The notes: generated from the letters alone by a model not told the origin. A stretch of 64,000 nucleotides of DNA from Eledone cirrhosa (GCA_964016885.1 OZ024742.1:310434001-310498000); one strand, 5' to 3'. Numbered from the stretch's first letter, positions 1 through 14,440 are shown. A program made the numbers and translations.

Positions 1-401
1 TATATATTGTTCCTTAGAGAAACAAAATAATTGCTCAATATTTAGAGATTAAGCTGTCTAATGTACATTATTCATATGCTAGTTTTACAGAATTAATTTC
101 GTTTCGATTCGCAAGCTAAGTAATCCAATATCTTGTTACTTTATCCCAGCCCACTGAACTACTTTCATCGTTGACCAGGGGATAGATATTGTGTGCTAAT
201 GGGAGGTTCGTTTAAAAAAAAAATATCCTTCAAGGCCAATATGTACAATAAATAACATATTTTAACAACTGGTGTAGACTTGTGACATATATGTCAACAA
301 CGCTAGATGTTATATGTATATGAAACATTATTTCACCATGTATGTATGTATGTAAATATTAATGTGAAGGCGTGTGGTCGAATAGTTAGGGTGTTCGGCT
401 C

Positions 402-440
<39 letters not shown>

Positions 441-461
441 ATATATATATATATATATATC

Positions 462-524
<63 letters not shown>

Positions 525-527
<3 letters not shown>

Positions 528-730
528 ATAATAATAAATGTGAAGACTAAAATCCAAAGAGGGCTCGATAAGGATAAATATATATCAAATATATAAGAAC
601 CCTGGAGCAAATATTTATTAAAATAACAGATTAAAGTTTAAGCAAAGAATCGCTGCTTTCACCCTTAATGTTAAGATCCCGTTAAGGGTGAAAGCAGCGA
701 TTCTTTGCTTAAACTTTAATCTGTTATTTA
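525..730. mobile_element. Family A foldback element (PLE pseudo-LTR-like) in (TA)n
   Basis: Inverted arms 621-668 / 682-729 plus a ~95 bp unique tail; other copies at 20191-20418, 23670-23910, 24033-24063, 41495-41812. Confidence 0.8.
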
Positions 731-745
731 TATATATATATATAT

Positions 746-990
746 ATAGACATAGAATATTCGAAAATATTCTGTATGTTTATAATAAACATTTTGAAGA
801 CCTAATCGCTATTTCAAACCAGTTCCAGTACACAGCTAAGTATTCTATAAGTCTCTAGCTGTGTCATTCTCGATAAAAGAAATCTATAGCGATTAGGTCT
901 TCAAAATGTTTATTATAAACATACAGAATATTTTCGAATATTCTATGTCTATACTCACATATATATCGCTATTTCAGAGCATTTATTCCA

Positions 991-993
<3 letters not shown>
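746..993. mobile_element. Family B-related foldback element
   Basis: Inverted arms ~746-811 / 886-952; tail 'gctatttcagagc' shared with 33125-33150 and 44018-44040. Confidence 0.75.
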
Positions 994-1029
<36 letters not shown>

Positions 1030-1075
1030 TAGCCGTCGAAACGGCTTGAGCTCAGCTGTCGGGGTCTTACTGGTT

Positions 1076-1141
<66 letters not shown>

Positions 1142-1257
1142 ATGTGTAGAAATATCTATGATCCCCAGCAGACAACTGATGAAGGACAATTTTCTCTCGT
1201 TGTGCTTTCCTCTTATTGATAAGTACACCTTGTCCAGTAACTATACAGCCCCTGTTT

Positions 1258-1590
<333 letters not shown>

Positions 1591-2658
1591 TGTTATGCGC
1601 ACGTGTATATATGTATACGTGTGTGTCTGTGTATATTCAATTATGTTTGCTGCCTCACCATTTAGCTATCACACTGGACATGTTTTCTCTTCCTTCCTTT
1701 CTGTCTATCTACATCCCCTTACCACTCTCGCTCACTCTCTCTCTAATAAATATTTGCATCACCATAAACTTTCCTCTTACTACCCCTCACGTTATTTCAT
1801 TAACAACTTTATTTCTATCACGTTACACATTACCGTCCCACTTTTCAAACCTTTACAAACTCCCCACCCACGCCTTAACCATATACCATCATTGTCTACT
1901 AAGGTTTTTATTTTTTATTTTGGTTGCCAATGACACACCTACATCACCTTTATGTTACTAAAACCTCTACCCAATAATATATGATGTACCACCACCTGCT
2001 TTTTGTTGTTATTATTTGCTGTTGTTCTTTAGTTTCGCATAAGACGTCCAGCCGTGATGAAAGGAACGTTAACTTCAGGGGGTTTGTGAATATCTTAATA
2101 ATTCTCGATTAGGAAACGCTTTCAAACACACACAGACACGCACACATCTTAATTCTTGATTAAGAAACGCTTTCAAACAGACACAGACACGCACGCACAC
2201 ACGCGTTCCCTCGCTCAATTTCTCCCCTCCGTACACTACTCACATCTAAATGTCCAGACATGCATATACAGCAAAACATACATAAAAACATACTCAAGAG
2301 TATACAAACAGCTCCAACCCCCACACACTTGCGAATTCTGTCTCAGACTCATGCTCACACTCGTTAACACACACACACACAGACACACACGCACCAACGA
2401 TTTAGTAATATGATCTGATCAGAAGTAGAACTTAATGTTCAACCTTCAGATAATCAAGAAATAAATACTTAAATATAAAATTGTGTATAAATATTTTTCT
2501 TTTCTATTTTCTAATTTCACTTGAATGCAGAAGAATTTCTTAATTGAAATAATATATTTGAACTTACATTAATTAATACTTTCGTTATATATATATATAT
2601 ATGTATATACATATATATATATGTATATACATATATATATATATGTATATACATATAT

Positions 2659-2958
2659 ATATTAATAAGATTGTGTTCGTTTAACACCAACACTTCAGTA
2701 TGCATATATATATATATATATATATATATGCATACTGAAGTGTTGGTGTTAAACGAGCACATAATCTTATTAATATTATATATATATATATTCATTTTAT
2801 TAAGGTTATATAGTGAGTCTTGTTACTTTGGAGTTTCGTCTGTGATAAGTAGGCGAAACTTCAGAGTAACCAAATTCACAATTTAGCCTTAATAATGTGA
2901 ATATTTAAAATCTACTTCGGTATTAAGTACTCTTTTCTCTCAGCCGTCAACTACATAC

Positions 2959-2960
<2 letters not shown>
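2659..2960. mobile_element. Two adjacent foldback elements
   Basis: Arms 2659-2706 / 2727-2776 around (TA)n; diverged arms 2788-2840 / 2851-2905 followed by a ~55 bp tail. Confidence 0.7.
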
Positions 2961-3052
<92 letters not shown>

Positions 3053-3319
3053 TTTTACCTGTTCCAGCCATCCGGCTCAGGCCATGCTGGGGCATCGCCA
3101 CCGATGAATGCAAGAAAGTTCTCCAGGAAAGTTAACCAGGAATCTTTAAAAATCTTCCACCGAAGTTAACAAAGAACTTACTAGATCTACCAACTCCTAA
3201 TACTATAATATTATAAAATTAAATCAAATTGTTTAGAACTACAAATGAAGTTATTCTTTTCCTTCTTTTAAATATACCTAACTGTACCAAGGATTTCACA
3301 CATTTTCCAATATATACAT

Positions 3320-4405
3320 ACAGTGGCGGACTGGGTCTATAAAGATTGGTTGCCAGGACATATAGAATGCTATCATTTAATTTGTATAGTGAATAAATAA
3401 CATTTTCGTAAAATACATAAGTAGAAACAAAACAGTGCAATCAAATTTTTGCGGAAAAATATCTTACCTTCTCCAATAAAAAATATTATGTATTTTGCGA
3501 AATCCAGAGACGTTCAATAATGACCAGAAGTCGACCCTAAATATTACTAATAGCTCTAGGAAGGCCATGAACCACACCACATCTTTTTAACTTTGATTTT
3601 GAAAGTAGATTTATAATTATCAATTTTCTCTTTTGTAGTTGTCTCGGTGGCCTAGTTGGAGGAATCATAGACGGTGGTGATCCTGGTCTGAAGTTCGATC
3701 CTAGTCGGGAGTAGGCTTCCCGGAAAGCCTTTTTAGGTTTTTTTTCTATTGGTTGTAAAATAAAAACTGAAAAAGGTTACATGTACCTCTTGACCAGGAT
3801 TGAACCCAAGTCCAGGATCTCTACCGTCTCTAGTACCTACTGCTAGACTACAGAGACCACTACAAAATCGTACGAAAATTCAAACTTATAAACCTACTCT
3901 CAAAATATCCAAAACAAAGTGTTGTGGTGTCGTTCATGTCTTTCTTGATGTTATTGCTCCTACTTAAGATCGACTTCTAAATCATTTGGGTGTTCCATAA
4001 TTTACAGCCTCGTTGTTTCTCATCTATCTAGACTACATTTTAACCTGTAATCCATGTTTCATTTCTATTCCACCTCATTCCCCCTTCTCTCTTTCTCTTT
4101 GTGATATTTCAATCTACTATGAGTTGGGTTTACCTTATTCCTATATATGTTTTTGCACGTCAGTTAGATTCAAACTTAGAATGATTGGCATTATATATAT
4201 ACTGTGGCGAACTAGGTCTAAAAATATTGGTTGCCAAATGAAGGGGGCCCACCTACACATAGAATGCTTTCATTTCATTTTTATAATGAATAAATAACAT
4301 TTTAAAAAAATACATGAATGGAAACAAAACAGTTCAATCAAATTTTACCTTCTCCAATAAAAAATATTATGTATTTTGCGAAATCCAGAGACTTTCAATA
4401 ATGAC
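3320..4405. mobile_element. Duplicated DNA-transposon-like end flanking a diverged palindrome
   Basis: ~200 bp direct repeats 3320-3525 and 4200-4405 starting C(A/T)GTGGCG; imperfect ~470 bp palindrome at 3520-3990. Confidence 0.55.
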
Positions 4406-4431
4406 CTTTGGTCTTTCACACTCACTCACTC

Positions 4432-4856
<425 letters not shown>

Positions 4857-4862
<6 letters not shown>

Positions 4863-5477
4863 ATATGGTTGAGAAGAATACTGCTAGTTGCACATGGATA
4901 ACATGTTATAAAATGAGTCCCTCATCAGTGATTTACCAAACGATCATGGGTATTTCATCGCATTAAAAATCATATACCTCACGTTGGAGCGATAATAACT
5001 AAAATAAGTTATTAGGACAATAGAAACGCGTAAAGCGAGTGAGACAAGTAAACAACACAGGGGGAAGCTAACCGAAGATGGAAATAAACACAAGCAACAT
5101 AGTTATTCTTTCAGCATGAGCTGTGTGAAAATATGCGCGAGTCTAAAACAGACCTTTCGCTAGTGAATTCGGTGTTAGAAAGAAGGAGAACCGTTTCCCA
5201 GCGAACGGGAGGAAGAAAGAAGGGGAGAAACAAGGACTGAGTGAGTGAGAGTGCGAGGAAGAGGTCAGTAGAGAGAAAGAGTTAACTGACATGGCAGAGG
5301 GGACGAAAGAAAGTAAGAGAAACAGAGAGAACGAGGGAGCAGTAAGAGAGAAAGAGAGAAACACAGAATTGCAGTTTGGGTAAATATATGAAAATATGGG
5401 TGAGAAGAATACTGCTGGTTGCACATGGATAACATGTTATAAAATGAGTCCCTCATCAGTGATTTACCAAACGATCA

Positions 5478-5478
<1 letters not shown>
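4857..5478. mobile_element. Non-coding partial-tandem element in (TA)n
   Basis: ~90 bp direct repeats 4857-4947 and 5388-5478 (period 531), with (TA)n on both sides. Confidence 0.75.
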
Positions 5479-5524
<46 letters not shown>

Positions 5525-5799
5525 GCATATTAAGAATGAGAGATGAAAGTTTGAATTTACCATATTTTATTCGTTATCACTAGTAACATACGTTTCTCTA
5601 ATGATCAGCTCCTAGCCTTATTCGATTACTTACAGCTTTGACTCTGAGATCGATTTGTCTATGAAACTCAATACAGATCAGAATCGGTAATGTCCATCTC
5701 TCATATAAATCGATTAGGGCTACGAGCTGGTCCTTTGCAAAACCAGTATTTCGCGTGATTAAAGTGAAATGTGGATCTCTTAATCTTAATATAACCACT

Positions 5800-5936
5800 G
5801 TACATATTCCGCCAATAACAAACAGGGCACGTGACAGTATATACCCTTGACGGACTCCGACTCCCACATAAAATGATTTCACGGCATAAAAATTATCCGT
5901 ATTTATTATTCCAGAAATCTCCTTAGGGCTTTTCAC
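5800..5936 (-). pseudogene. Degenerate LINE reverse transcriptase fragment
   Basis: VGVGVRQGYILSRALF resembles the RT motif GVRQGCxLSPxLF. Confidence 0.6.
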
Positions 5937-6945
5937 TTCGAAGATTTCCTTCGAAAATAACCCTGCTTTTTTTACTTACAGACACAGGATGGGTTTTTCG
6001 AATTTTACGACATGGTCATTGGCTAATTTTGAATGTCTAGCTGAGTATTCCACATATATTTGTAATCTCCAATAAGATACATAGTAACACCATATGTAAC
6101 AATAATAGGCAGTTCAATTACAGATAATAATCATGCAACAGTATCCCATACTGTTTCTATCTTTTTAGTTACACTGACAATACTTGGAGCATCCATTGTG
6201 TTTTTCTGGAAATGTAATTTCAGCTCTCATCTCTACAGTATAATTCTATATTTGTATTACTATATATTTTATTACAGCACTTATTGCTATTCTTGTCATG
6301 GATAATAATATTAGGGATATTATATGCTACGTGTTCATTTGCACGTCAGCTAAAGTTTCACAGAATCTTAAAAAATCCCAGAAAATTTAACTTTGCATTT
6401 CATCTTTCCATGTTTCTATAGAATAAATATATTGATTTTCCCGACTAGTCAAATTTTTAGTCTTGTGCCAAATTAGAAAGAAATATTTAAGACAGGTGGA
6501 TATTCCATGAGTTCCATATAAGGATTTCTTTACAAGTTGAAAGCGAACTACAATATTAGACATTAATTTAGAATATGGTGTACTGTTTCTGCAATTCCAC
6601 TAAATAGATGACATCTATCAATTATGTTAGTGAAAATACCATATTTTTCAGTCACAAGACGCAAGAGCTTCGCTATCTATGAAGGTAGTTCATGTGAATT
6701 ACTCTATATAACCTCTGTATTGAATATTTAAATAAATTATATATAGTTAAGGCAATAAAGAAGCAAAAGGTGTCATTATATATATATATATATATATACG
6801 TTATTCCGGGTTGAATCGGAGGTAAAACTATATATATATATATGTGTGTGTGTGTGCGTGCGTGTGTGTGTTTAATGTGTTAAGTATTTCCGTAGAAAAG
6901 GTAAAGGAAATAACAGTGCTCTCTCTCTCTCTCTCTCTCTCTCTC

Positions 6946-6996
<51 letters not shown>

Positions 6997-7111
6997 CACA
7001 GAGAAAGAAGGACAAACACTGACAGGGAGATATGAACTCTCCTCTCAAAATATGTATGTAAAAATAAATAATTTTTCTTCCCCTTTTTATTATTATTATT
7101 TGTATAAATAC

Positions 7112-7207
7112 GAGGTTAACTTTGCCTTTCATCCTTACGGGGTCGATAACATAAAGTACCAGTAATGTACTGGGTAATTACTGGCCTTGTGCCAAAAGTA
7201 GAAACAA
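7112..7207 (+). mobile_element. 5'-truncated Meta-type SINE, short subfamily
   Basis: Core 'gcctttcatccttacggggtcgataa..aagtaccag'; 18 bp TSD attatttgtataaatacg at 7095-7112 and 7207-7224. Confidence 0.85.
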
Positions 7208-7459
7208 TTATTTGTATAAATACGGAACTTAACCATACTATGCATATCCGCAGTTGAAAAGCATATAATGCTGAAACCGGTACCATTATTTAATGCGGAA
7301 ATATCCTCTTTATAAATAAATGTTTTGATATTACACTGAAAGAAACTCTTCAGCATTTTCTACTGAAAAAATCGTTTTCCTTTCTACTTTTTGTTTTTAT
7401 ATATATCAACTTGTGTGTTACTTTTCTACATTCGATATATATATATATATATATATTAT

Positions 7460-7610
7460 AAAGAGTCAGGACCCGACGGCTGACCTCTTGCCGTTTCAAC
7501 TAGCTGATGAAACGGCTCAGCCGTCGGGTCCCAACTCTTTACAATATAGCCATTCCCGACTACTCCAAGTATCGAGTAGGGTACTCTGTTGAGTAATGGT
7601 CTTTAAACGT
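7460..7610. mobile_element. Family C-related foldback
   Basis: Inverted 'gacccgacggctga..gccgtttca' / 'tgaaacggctcagccgtcgggtc'; tail resembles family C. Confidence 0.65.
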
Positions 7611-8113
7611 GATAGAGTCCGACAAGTCTCGTCCTTTATATTGCAGGTACTATCGTCCATCCGACAGTCTTCTAAACAATTTCTGTCAACCACATTTCGC
7701 TCACAAGATCTTCCCAAGATTATGGTAAATGACACACATCCACGATGCCACACAGTTAGATCGAACTTGCGACCTATTGATTGTCTATAATGAAAGGTGT
7801 AAATATTTACAGACCGGCAAATTTAACCATTCGCAAAAAAAAAAATGTCTTCTCCGACGCCATTTCAAGTTAGCTTTTGAAAATTATAATTTATAATTTG
7901 GAAATGATTATTGTTTTTAATTTCTTTTTTGTTAAATTTCGCCCCGTCTATACCTATGTTAATTCCCTGGTGTGGTGTACAAACTCATGCTGGGCTTTTT
8001 AGTGATACGGGATACATTTCTTCCGAATCTAACAATCGTACAATAACTTGATTTATGTGAAAATAATGTTATAAGAACGACGACGACAACAATAACAGAA
8101 AGAACAACATGTT

Positions 8114-8174
<61 letters not shown>

Positions 8175-8557
8175 GTCAATGTTGGCCCAAGGCCACCAAT
8201 TTTTGTTTTTTGGTGGAGGAGGAAGAATAATCAATTATATTGACCACAAGATTTGGTATTTACAAGTTTCCGAATGAAAAAGGCCAAATTCTGAACACAG
8301 AATGTAAAGGGATTTAAGGGACAGAAGAAAATACTACGAGGTAATTATATTGTCCGGTGCTTTCCGATTACGAGACCAAAACCCACTAATAATCGTTACT
8401 AATATAAGCGGAAGGCCAGCAAGTTGGAGGGGCATTATTCGTTTATTATTTTATCGAACACAGAAGGATAAAAGACACAGTTGAACTCAGCTGGATCACT
8501 AAAGTAGTTACGTAGACATAACTAAATATCATCTCTGCCTAGATACACTAATAACAG

Positions 8558-8722
8558 ATATATATTATAACCAAAGACATTTGCTTTCCTTTTACTAACT
8601 TATATATATATATATATATATAAGTTAGTAAAAGAAAGCAAATGCTTTTGGTTATAATATATATCTGATAACTCTAGGTAACCTGCCTAAACCGCCGAGC
8701 TCAAGTAGATCCGCCACATTCA

Positions 8723-8725
<3 letters not shown>
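8558..8725. mobile_element. Foldback element with (TA)n apex and tail
   Basis: Arms 8560-8601 / 8621-8662, tail to 8725, then (TA)n. Confidence 0.7.
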
Positions 8726-8793
<68 letters not shown>

Positions 8794-9274
8794 GGTATAA
8801 ACGCTTGAATTTGTAAAGCCAAAACAATGCAGGTATGGATATAGAATAAAAAATGCAAATGCAAAAGATATTGTTGACAATTAGTCTTTTACCTTAGATT
8901 TATTTAAATGTCCTTAATTTTCGAGATAATATCTCTTCTTCGGAGGGAAGTAAAGCGGTTAAACCAGTGTTCTAAATAGCTTGCCAAGTCATCCTGACAG
9001 GAAATGGTATAGCTCTCTATACCATTTCCTGTCAGCATGACTTGGCAAGCTATTTAGAACACTGGTTTAACCGCTTTACTTCCCTCCGAAGAAGAGATAT
9101 TATCTCAAAAATTAAGGACATTTAAATAAATCTAAGGTAAAAGACTAATTGTCAACAATATCTTTTGCATTTGCATTTTTTATTCAATGTCCATACCTGC
9201 ATTGTTTTGGCTTTACAAATTCAAACGTTTATATCTCATTACACAATGCTTCAAGTGAACTATAACTTCATCCA
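8794..9274. mobile_element. Family H long foldback
   Basis: Near-perfect ~217 bp arms 8796-9012 / 9017-9233, ~40 bp tail, (TA)n flanks. Confidence 0.85.
8911..8947 (-). ncRNA. Putative minimal hammerhead, CCGAAGA core
   Basis: cct-CCGAAGA-a-gagat/atctc-GAAA-a-TTA-agg on the minus strand; the plus copy at 9081-9118 has GAAA>AAAA. Confidence 0.45.
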
Positions 9275-9289
9275 TATATATATATATAC

Positions 9290-10106
9290 GCGCCATACCC
9301 CCGTTCACTTCCTCATTGTATGCCCAGCTTCCACATATATATAGTAACACTGATATCTCTATCTATTTAATCAGCCTCTGTTCGAATTTGAAGCTCGAGT
9401 TACGGTTCTTTCAGATGTTGTCCAGTCTGTTCAAAGATATCCTCGCTATCGTAGTTCTCGTCCTCAATTTGTTGTTGACTTGACATTTTCTGAGTACTTA
9501 AATTGTTTCACTTTCTGTAGTTCCTTTTCATCAATTTTGATCGGGTCTTCTGCGTTTCTTGCTCTTCTCCCCAACGTAAGTACTTTGCTCCTCTCGGCAT
9601 TTATTTCCATGCCAAATTTCTTCGATTATCATTCCAGTCTCTACGTTAGCTTGTGCAGATATTTTTCACTTCCAATTGCTTGTCGTCAGCAAACCTGAGA
9701 TTATTCACCAGCAGCCTCTGTATCCGCAGGCTTACTTGGAAGCCATCTTGGAATCGGAGGATCAACACATTTGCGAGGAAATGAAAATTTCTCGAGATGA
9801 ATTGGTTTGACAAACGAAACAACCAATGGATTCGGAAACAGGTGGAGGAAAAAGGCTGGTGAAGCATAACAGTTCCTGATAAAGATAGCACAAGATCGCA
9901 AGCTAGTGTATTTTGAACATGCAGAGAGTGACACGCCAATGATTTGAGTGTGCCAGACAGCAAAGGAAGCAAGTGGCCTTGATGTTGCGGTATGGAGCGA
10001 CATGTGCACATGGAACGACAGGAGTCTCTGGGAAGCGATCAGTATGGCGGAGGACAGGACTGATTGGAGACATCCACAAACCCTTATGGTCTATAATGGA
10101 TGATGA

Positions 10107-10110
<4 letters not shown>
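9290..10110. mobile_element. RTE-like LINE remnant with inverted 5' segment
   Basis: Minus 9290-9720 reads NNLRFADD ... LLYICGSW; plus 9721-10110 reads RRINTF ... NWFDKRNN ... AEDRTDWR and ends in (GAT)n. Confidence 0.7.
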
Positions 10111-10202
<92 letters not shown>

Positions 10203-10373
10203 GAAGAGATATATTCCATATGTCTCATATGAAATAATACAGCCAATTTTCCACACAATACATTTAGTTAGCACCCCGAACGTTTAATTAGGAATATATT
10301 CACTTATTTCCTAATGTTTGTTGAGTGAGTTGGAATTTGGCCGGAGTATCGCTAAAAGCTTTCTCTGATAATG

Positions 10374-10432
<59 letters not shown>

Positions 10433-10748
10433 ACATAGACTCGGAATCAGAAAAATTTGTGCAAGACTTGCTGAAGATGAAAAACCTTATTGATGCAAGA
10501 GATTTACTAACACATGTTTCTGTGCAGTTAGGTAAAGGCCTGCAAGATTTAGATTGTTGTGTAATCCACTATATATGTATATCAATATATGTATATACAT
10601 CATACACTATATATACACGTATATACATTATATATGTATATATATATATAGAGAGAGAGATATATATTTATATCTATATATATATATCTATATATATAGA
10701 TATATATTTATATCTATATATATCTATATATCTATATATATATATATT

Positions 10749-10816
<68 letters not shown>

Positions 10817-10874
10817 TTATATATATATATATATTTATTTATATATATATATATACACGAATATATATATATAC

Positions 10875-10911
<37 letters not shown>

Positions 10912-11538
10912 ACATATGTGTACATGTATAAGTATATATACATAAACACGGACATACACACATATAACTACGTTTGTGAAGAATAAATGTGTATATGTGA
11001 ATATGTGTATACGTGTATAAGTGTATATGTGTATATGTGTATATGTGTATACGCATGTGTATGTTTAATAAACATCCATGTATATTATAGAAGAAAATGA
11101 AATAGAAAAATGTTCTGAGATCAAATTTTTCCCTAGACACGCTAAAAAACTAACTAACCGCTCAACTTAATGGGAGGTCGTAAAAAATCTCTATTGATGT
11201 CAAGTTAAAAATCATTGACTCGATAGAATAATATTCTGTAATTCTGTAATTCGATCAATTCTAACATCTTTTATGTTTTTCTTTATCCTAATCCTTTTCA
11301 ACACTAAGCTGGCCAATAATGTTTTATTAACAATGAGATTGATTGAATGCTCATCAAACAGTATGTAGAAAGAGTTTATTTTTCACTATTACATGAACGT
11401 ATACAACACATTCACATCAAATATATAATCTGTTTATTTTTATTGTCTGCTATTATATTCATGCGATGCCCTTGTGACAAATACAAGAAATTATTATTAT
11501 TATTATTATTGTTGTTGTTGTTGTTTTTGTTATTATTA

Positions 11539-11770
11539 CAGGGCGATGGATGGACAGTATCGGTAGAGTGTCGGCCACTATGCTTTGCGACATAGAGTTA
11601 TGGCCCTTTACGGCCTGGGTTCAAATCCCGCCGAGGTTAAGTTTGACTTTAATCCTTACTTGGTCGATAAAATAAAGTACCAGTCACCCACTGGAGTCGA
11701 TTTAATCGACTTTACCCTCCTCTAAAATTGCTAGCCTTGTGCCTAAATCAGGATCCATTATTATTATTAT
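11539..11770 (+). mobile_element. Full-length tRNA-derived Meta-type SINE, long subfamily
   Basis: B-box ggttcaaatccc, Meta-like core, (ATT)n tail. Confidence 0.8.
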
Positions 11771-11839
11771 TGTTATTATAGTAATTTTATAGTGGTTTCG
11801 GAGGTAGTAGCTGTTGTTTAGCTCTATGTCATAAGACCG

Positions 11840-12167
11840 TGTGAAGGCGTGAAGCTTTGTGGTTAGGACATTCGGCTCACAATCGTAAGGTCGTGAGTTC
11901 GATTCTCCGCGGCACGTTGTGTCCTTGAGCAAGATACTTTATTTCCCATTGCTCCACTCTACCCAGCTGACAAATATGTATTGAACCTGTAATTTGAAGG
12001 GCCAGTCTTGTCACACTTTTTGTTACGCTGAATCTCCCTTAGAACTATGTTAAGGGTACGCGTGTCTGTGGAATGCTCAGCCGCTTGCACGTTAATTTCA
12101 CGAGCGGGTTGTTCCCTTAATTGGATCGACTGGAACAATCGTCGTCGTAACGGACGGAGTGCCTCCT
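11840..12167 (+). mobile_element. tRNA-derived CORE-type SINE (octopus OR-like)
   Basis: A/B boxes, CORE-like 'gtgtccttgagcaagatacttt', TSD taagaccg at 11832-11839 and 12168-12175; a head fragment also at 363-402. Confidence 0.8.
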
Positions 12168-12555
12168 TAAGACCGCAATCATAGTAAAAGGCGTTACAGG
12201 CTTTACCATGCGGTCATTAGTTATAGGGGGATTCTATTGTCCAATGTGTGGCTTCTTTATTTTTTAGGAAGTTAACGTTTCATTGAAAGAAGTTGCCTCT
12301 ATTACTAACAGGTTGAGAAACTCCATAGAAGCTCGATTGAATTAATGGTAGTGATCATTGTGGTTGTATTGATGATGGTGATGATGTTCGTTGTAGTGGC
12401 CATGTTGGTGTTATTGAGGATGGCATTGTTGATAATGGTGATGATGATGATGGTGATGGCGATGGTCGTAATTAGGATTGTGGTGGATGCAGTAGTAAGG
12501 CTGGAGACTGCTGTCGCCGTTATTACAACTGTTGCTGTTATTATTATTGCTGTTG

Positions 12556-12850
12556 TTACGGGGTCGATAAAATAAAGTAGCAGTAATACACTTGGTAATT
12601 GCTGGCCTTGTGCTAAAAGTAGAAACAATTATTATTGCTGTTGTTCAATAGAGGGTCGGACGCCATGTTTTGCAGCATAGAGTTATGTCCCTTTATGATC
12701 TCAGTTCAAATCCCACCGAGGTTAACTTCGCCTTTCAGCCTTACCGGGTCGATAAAATAAAGTACCAGTCACGCTCTGGGATCGATTTAATCAACTTTCC
12801 TCTCCCCCAGAATTGCTGGCCTTGTGTCTATAGTAGAAACCATTATTATT
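12556..12850 (+). mobile_element. Two Meta-type SINE copies (short 3' fragment, then long subfamily)
   Basis: Same core and 'ggccttgtg..agtagaaac' end as the other copies. Confidence 0.8.
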
Positions 12851-13680
12851 GCTGTTGCTGTTGTTACTGTTGCTGTTACTACTGCTGTCGCTGTTGATAT
12901 TATTACCGTTGCTGTTATTACTACTATTGTTGTTGCTATTATTACTACTGCTGCTGTTATTTTATGTGATGGATGGAATTGACATTAAAAAGAAATTAAC
13001 AGATGTACCCATACAGTGAATATAAACATAAGCGATGTGTCACGTAAACTTCAGTGGTGTTCTACGCACCATGACTCCGAGTATAGGCAGAATTACCATG
13101 AAGACGAGAAAAACGATATAATTGCCCCCATACAGCGAACATTAACGGAGGTCATAACTTCTCTCTTAGACCTAATCATGTGCCTTGTACGACCTCCCAC
13201 ATGATGTGACCTCATCTAGAACGAGGGGTTTCATAGATAAGATAGAAAAAAGGAAAATAGAAAAGGCAAATGGAGTGTTGTCATATTCATGCATTTCCCT
13301 AAAATATATAAGAAGTGTAAATGGAACGAAATAGCTCGTAGTAGTATGATAGTTAGTACATGAAACTTGCTCAAAATGCCACGCCGTGGGATCAAACCCT
13401 AGAACTAATGATTGCGAAGCGAACTCCGTAACCATTCGGTCAATGTTTAGATTTATACATGTTATGATTGAAGGGAAATAGAATATAGTTTCAATATTCA
13501 ATGGTGTATCCAACAGGATCGTTGTTTATAACAAACCCAGAACAGCTTTAATCGAGGAGGCATAGGAAAAATGGCGTTCCACCTGAGACCACCACTTCTA
13601 GGTTTTCTGACAATGTAAATAAATAGGAATACAATTGAAATATTTGTCTTTATTTTTTCAAAACAGAAACTGGATTATAA

Positions 13681-13716
<36 letters not shown>

Positions 13717-13789
13717 CAGCAGCAGCAGAGCAGTAGTAGCAGTAGTAGTAGTAGTAGTAGTAGCAGCAGCAGCCGTCGTCGTCGTCGTG

Positions 13790-13829
<40 letters not shown>

Positions 13830-14364
13830 GGTTACTAGAAGTTGTAGCAATTGTGGTGGGCTCGTTGATGTTATTGTTTGTTGATACTAAATTGTTGTTT
13901 TCATATATTATATATTGTATATTATATATATTGTATTATATATATTGTATGTTAGATTTGAAGTGTTATCAAGATAGAAGACGTGGTGTTCATGGTGATG
14001 AAAGAAGCGACCATTTTTTTTTCTAGTAGGTTAATCCGTGATCATATTTATACAGGAGTTTGTTATTTGAGGAGTAAGTATATGATTTCTATTGTTGTTG
14101 TTTGTTTATATTATTACTGTCGTAAGTAATGGTGGTTTTGATAATAGTGTGATTGTGGGTGTTGTGTGCGTTGTTGTATATGTATATGTAATTGTTATTT
14201 TTCCTGGCGTAGTGGTTAGCAAAATGGTGTGGTAGTGGGTAGCGTGTGTTGTTGTACTTGTAGCTGTTGTCATATTTGTTGTTATCAATAGCATGTAATA
14301 GTGGTGTTGACGGTTTTGAGAGAGCTCTTTGTTGATGTGATGGGCGATGTAGAAGTGATGACGT

Positions 14365-14439
<75 letters not shown>

Positions 14440-14440
14440 T
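13681..14440. repeat. (TAG)n/(CAG)n trinucleotide arrays
   Basis: Tracts at 13681-13828 and 14367-14438. Confidence 0.95.

Noticed and set aside
3050-3105. Short repeat shared with 40828-40880, resembling a common octopus SINE end
   Set aside because: About 50 bp and recognised from memory only; used just as weak support for the taxon guess
7095-7224. Idea that the Meta-type SINE is routinely mobilised by PLEs
   Set aside because: Clear 10-18 bp TSDs at 7095, 38103 and 60661 indicate ordinary LINE-type insertion
7503-7516. ctgatgaaac at a foldback apex
   Set aside because: Created by the stem II/GAAAC junction of a family C relative; not a separate core
11841-11912. tRNA-like sequence (also at 42781 and 3635)
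   Set aside because: Heads of SINEs or repeats; no convincing cloverleaf, so not called tRNA genes
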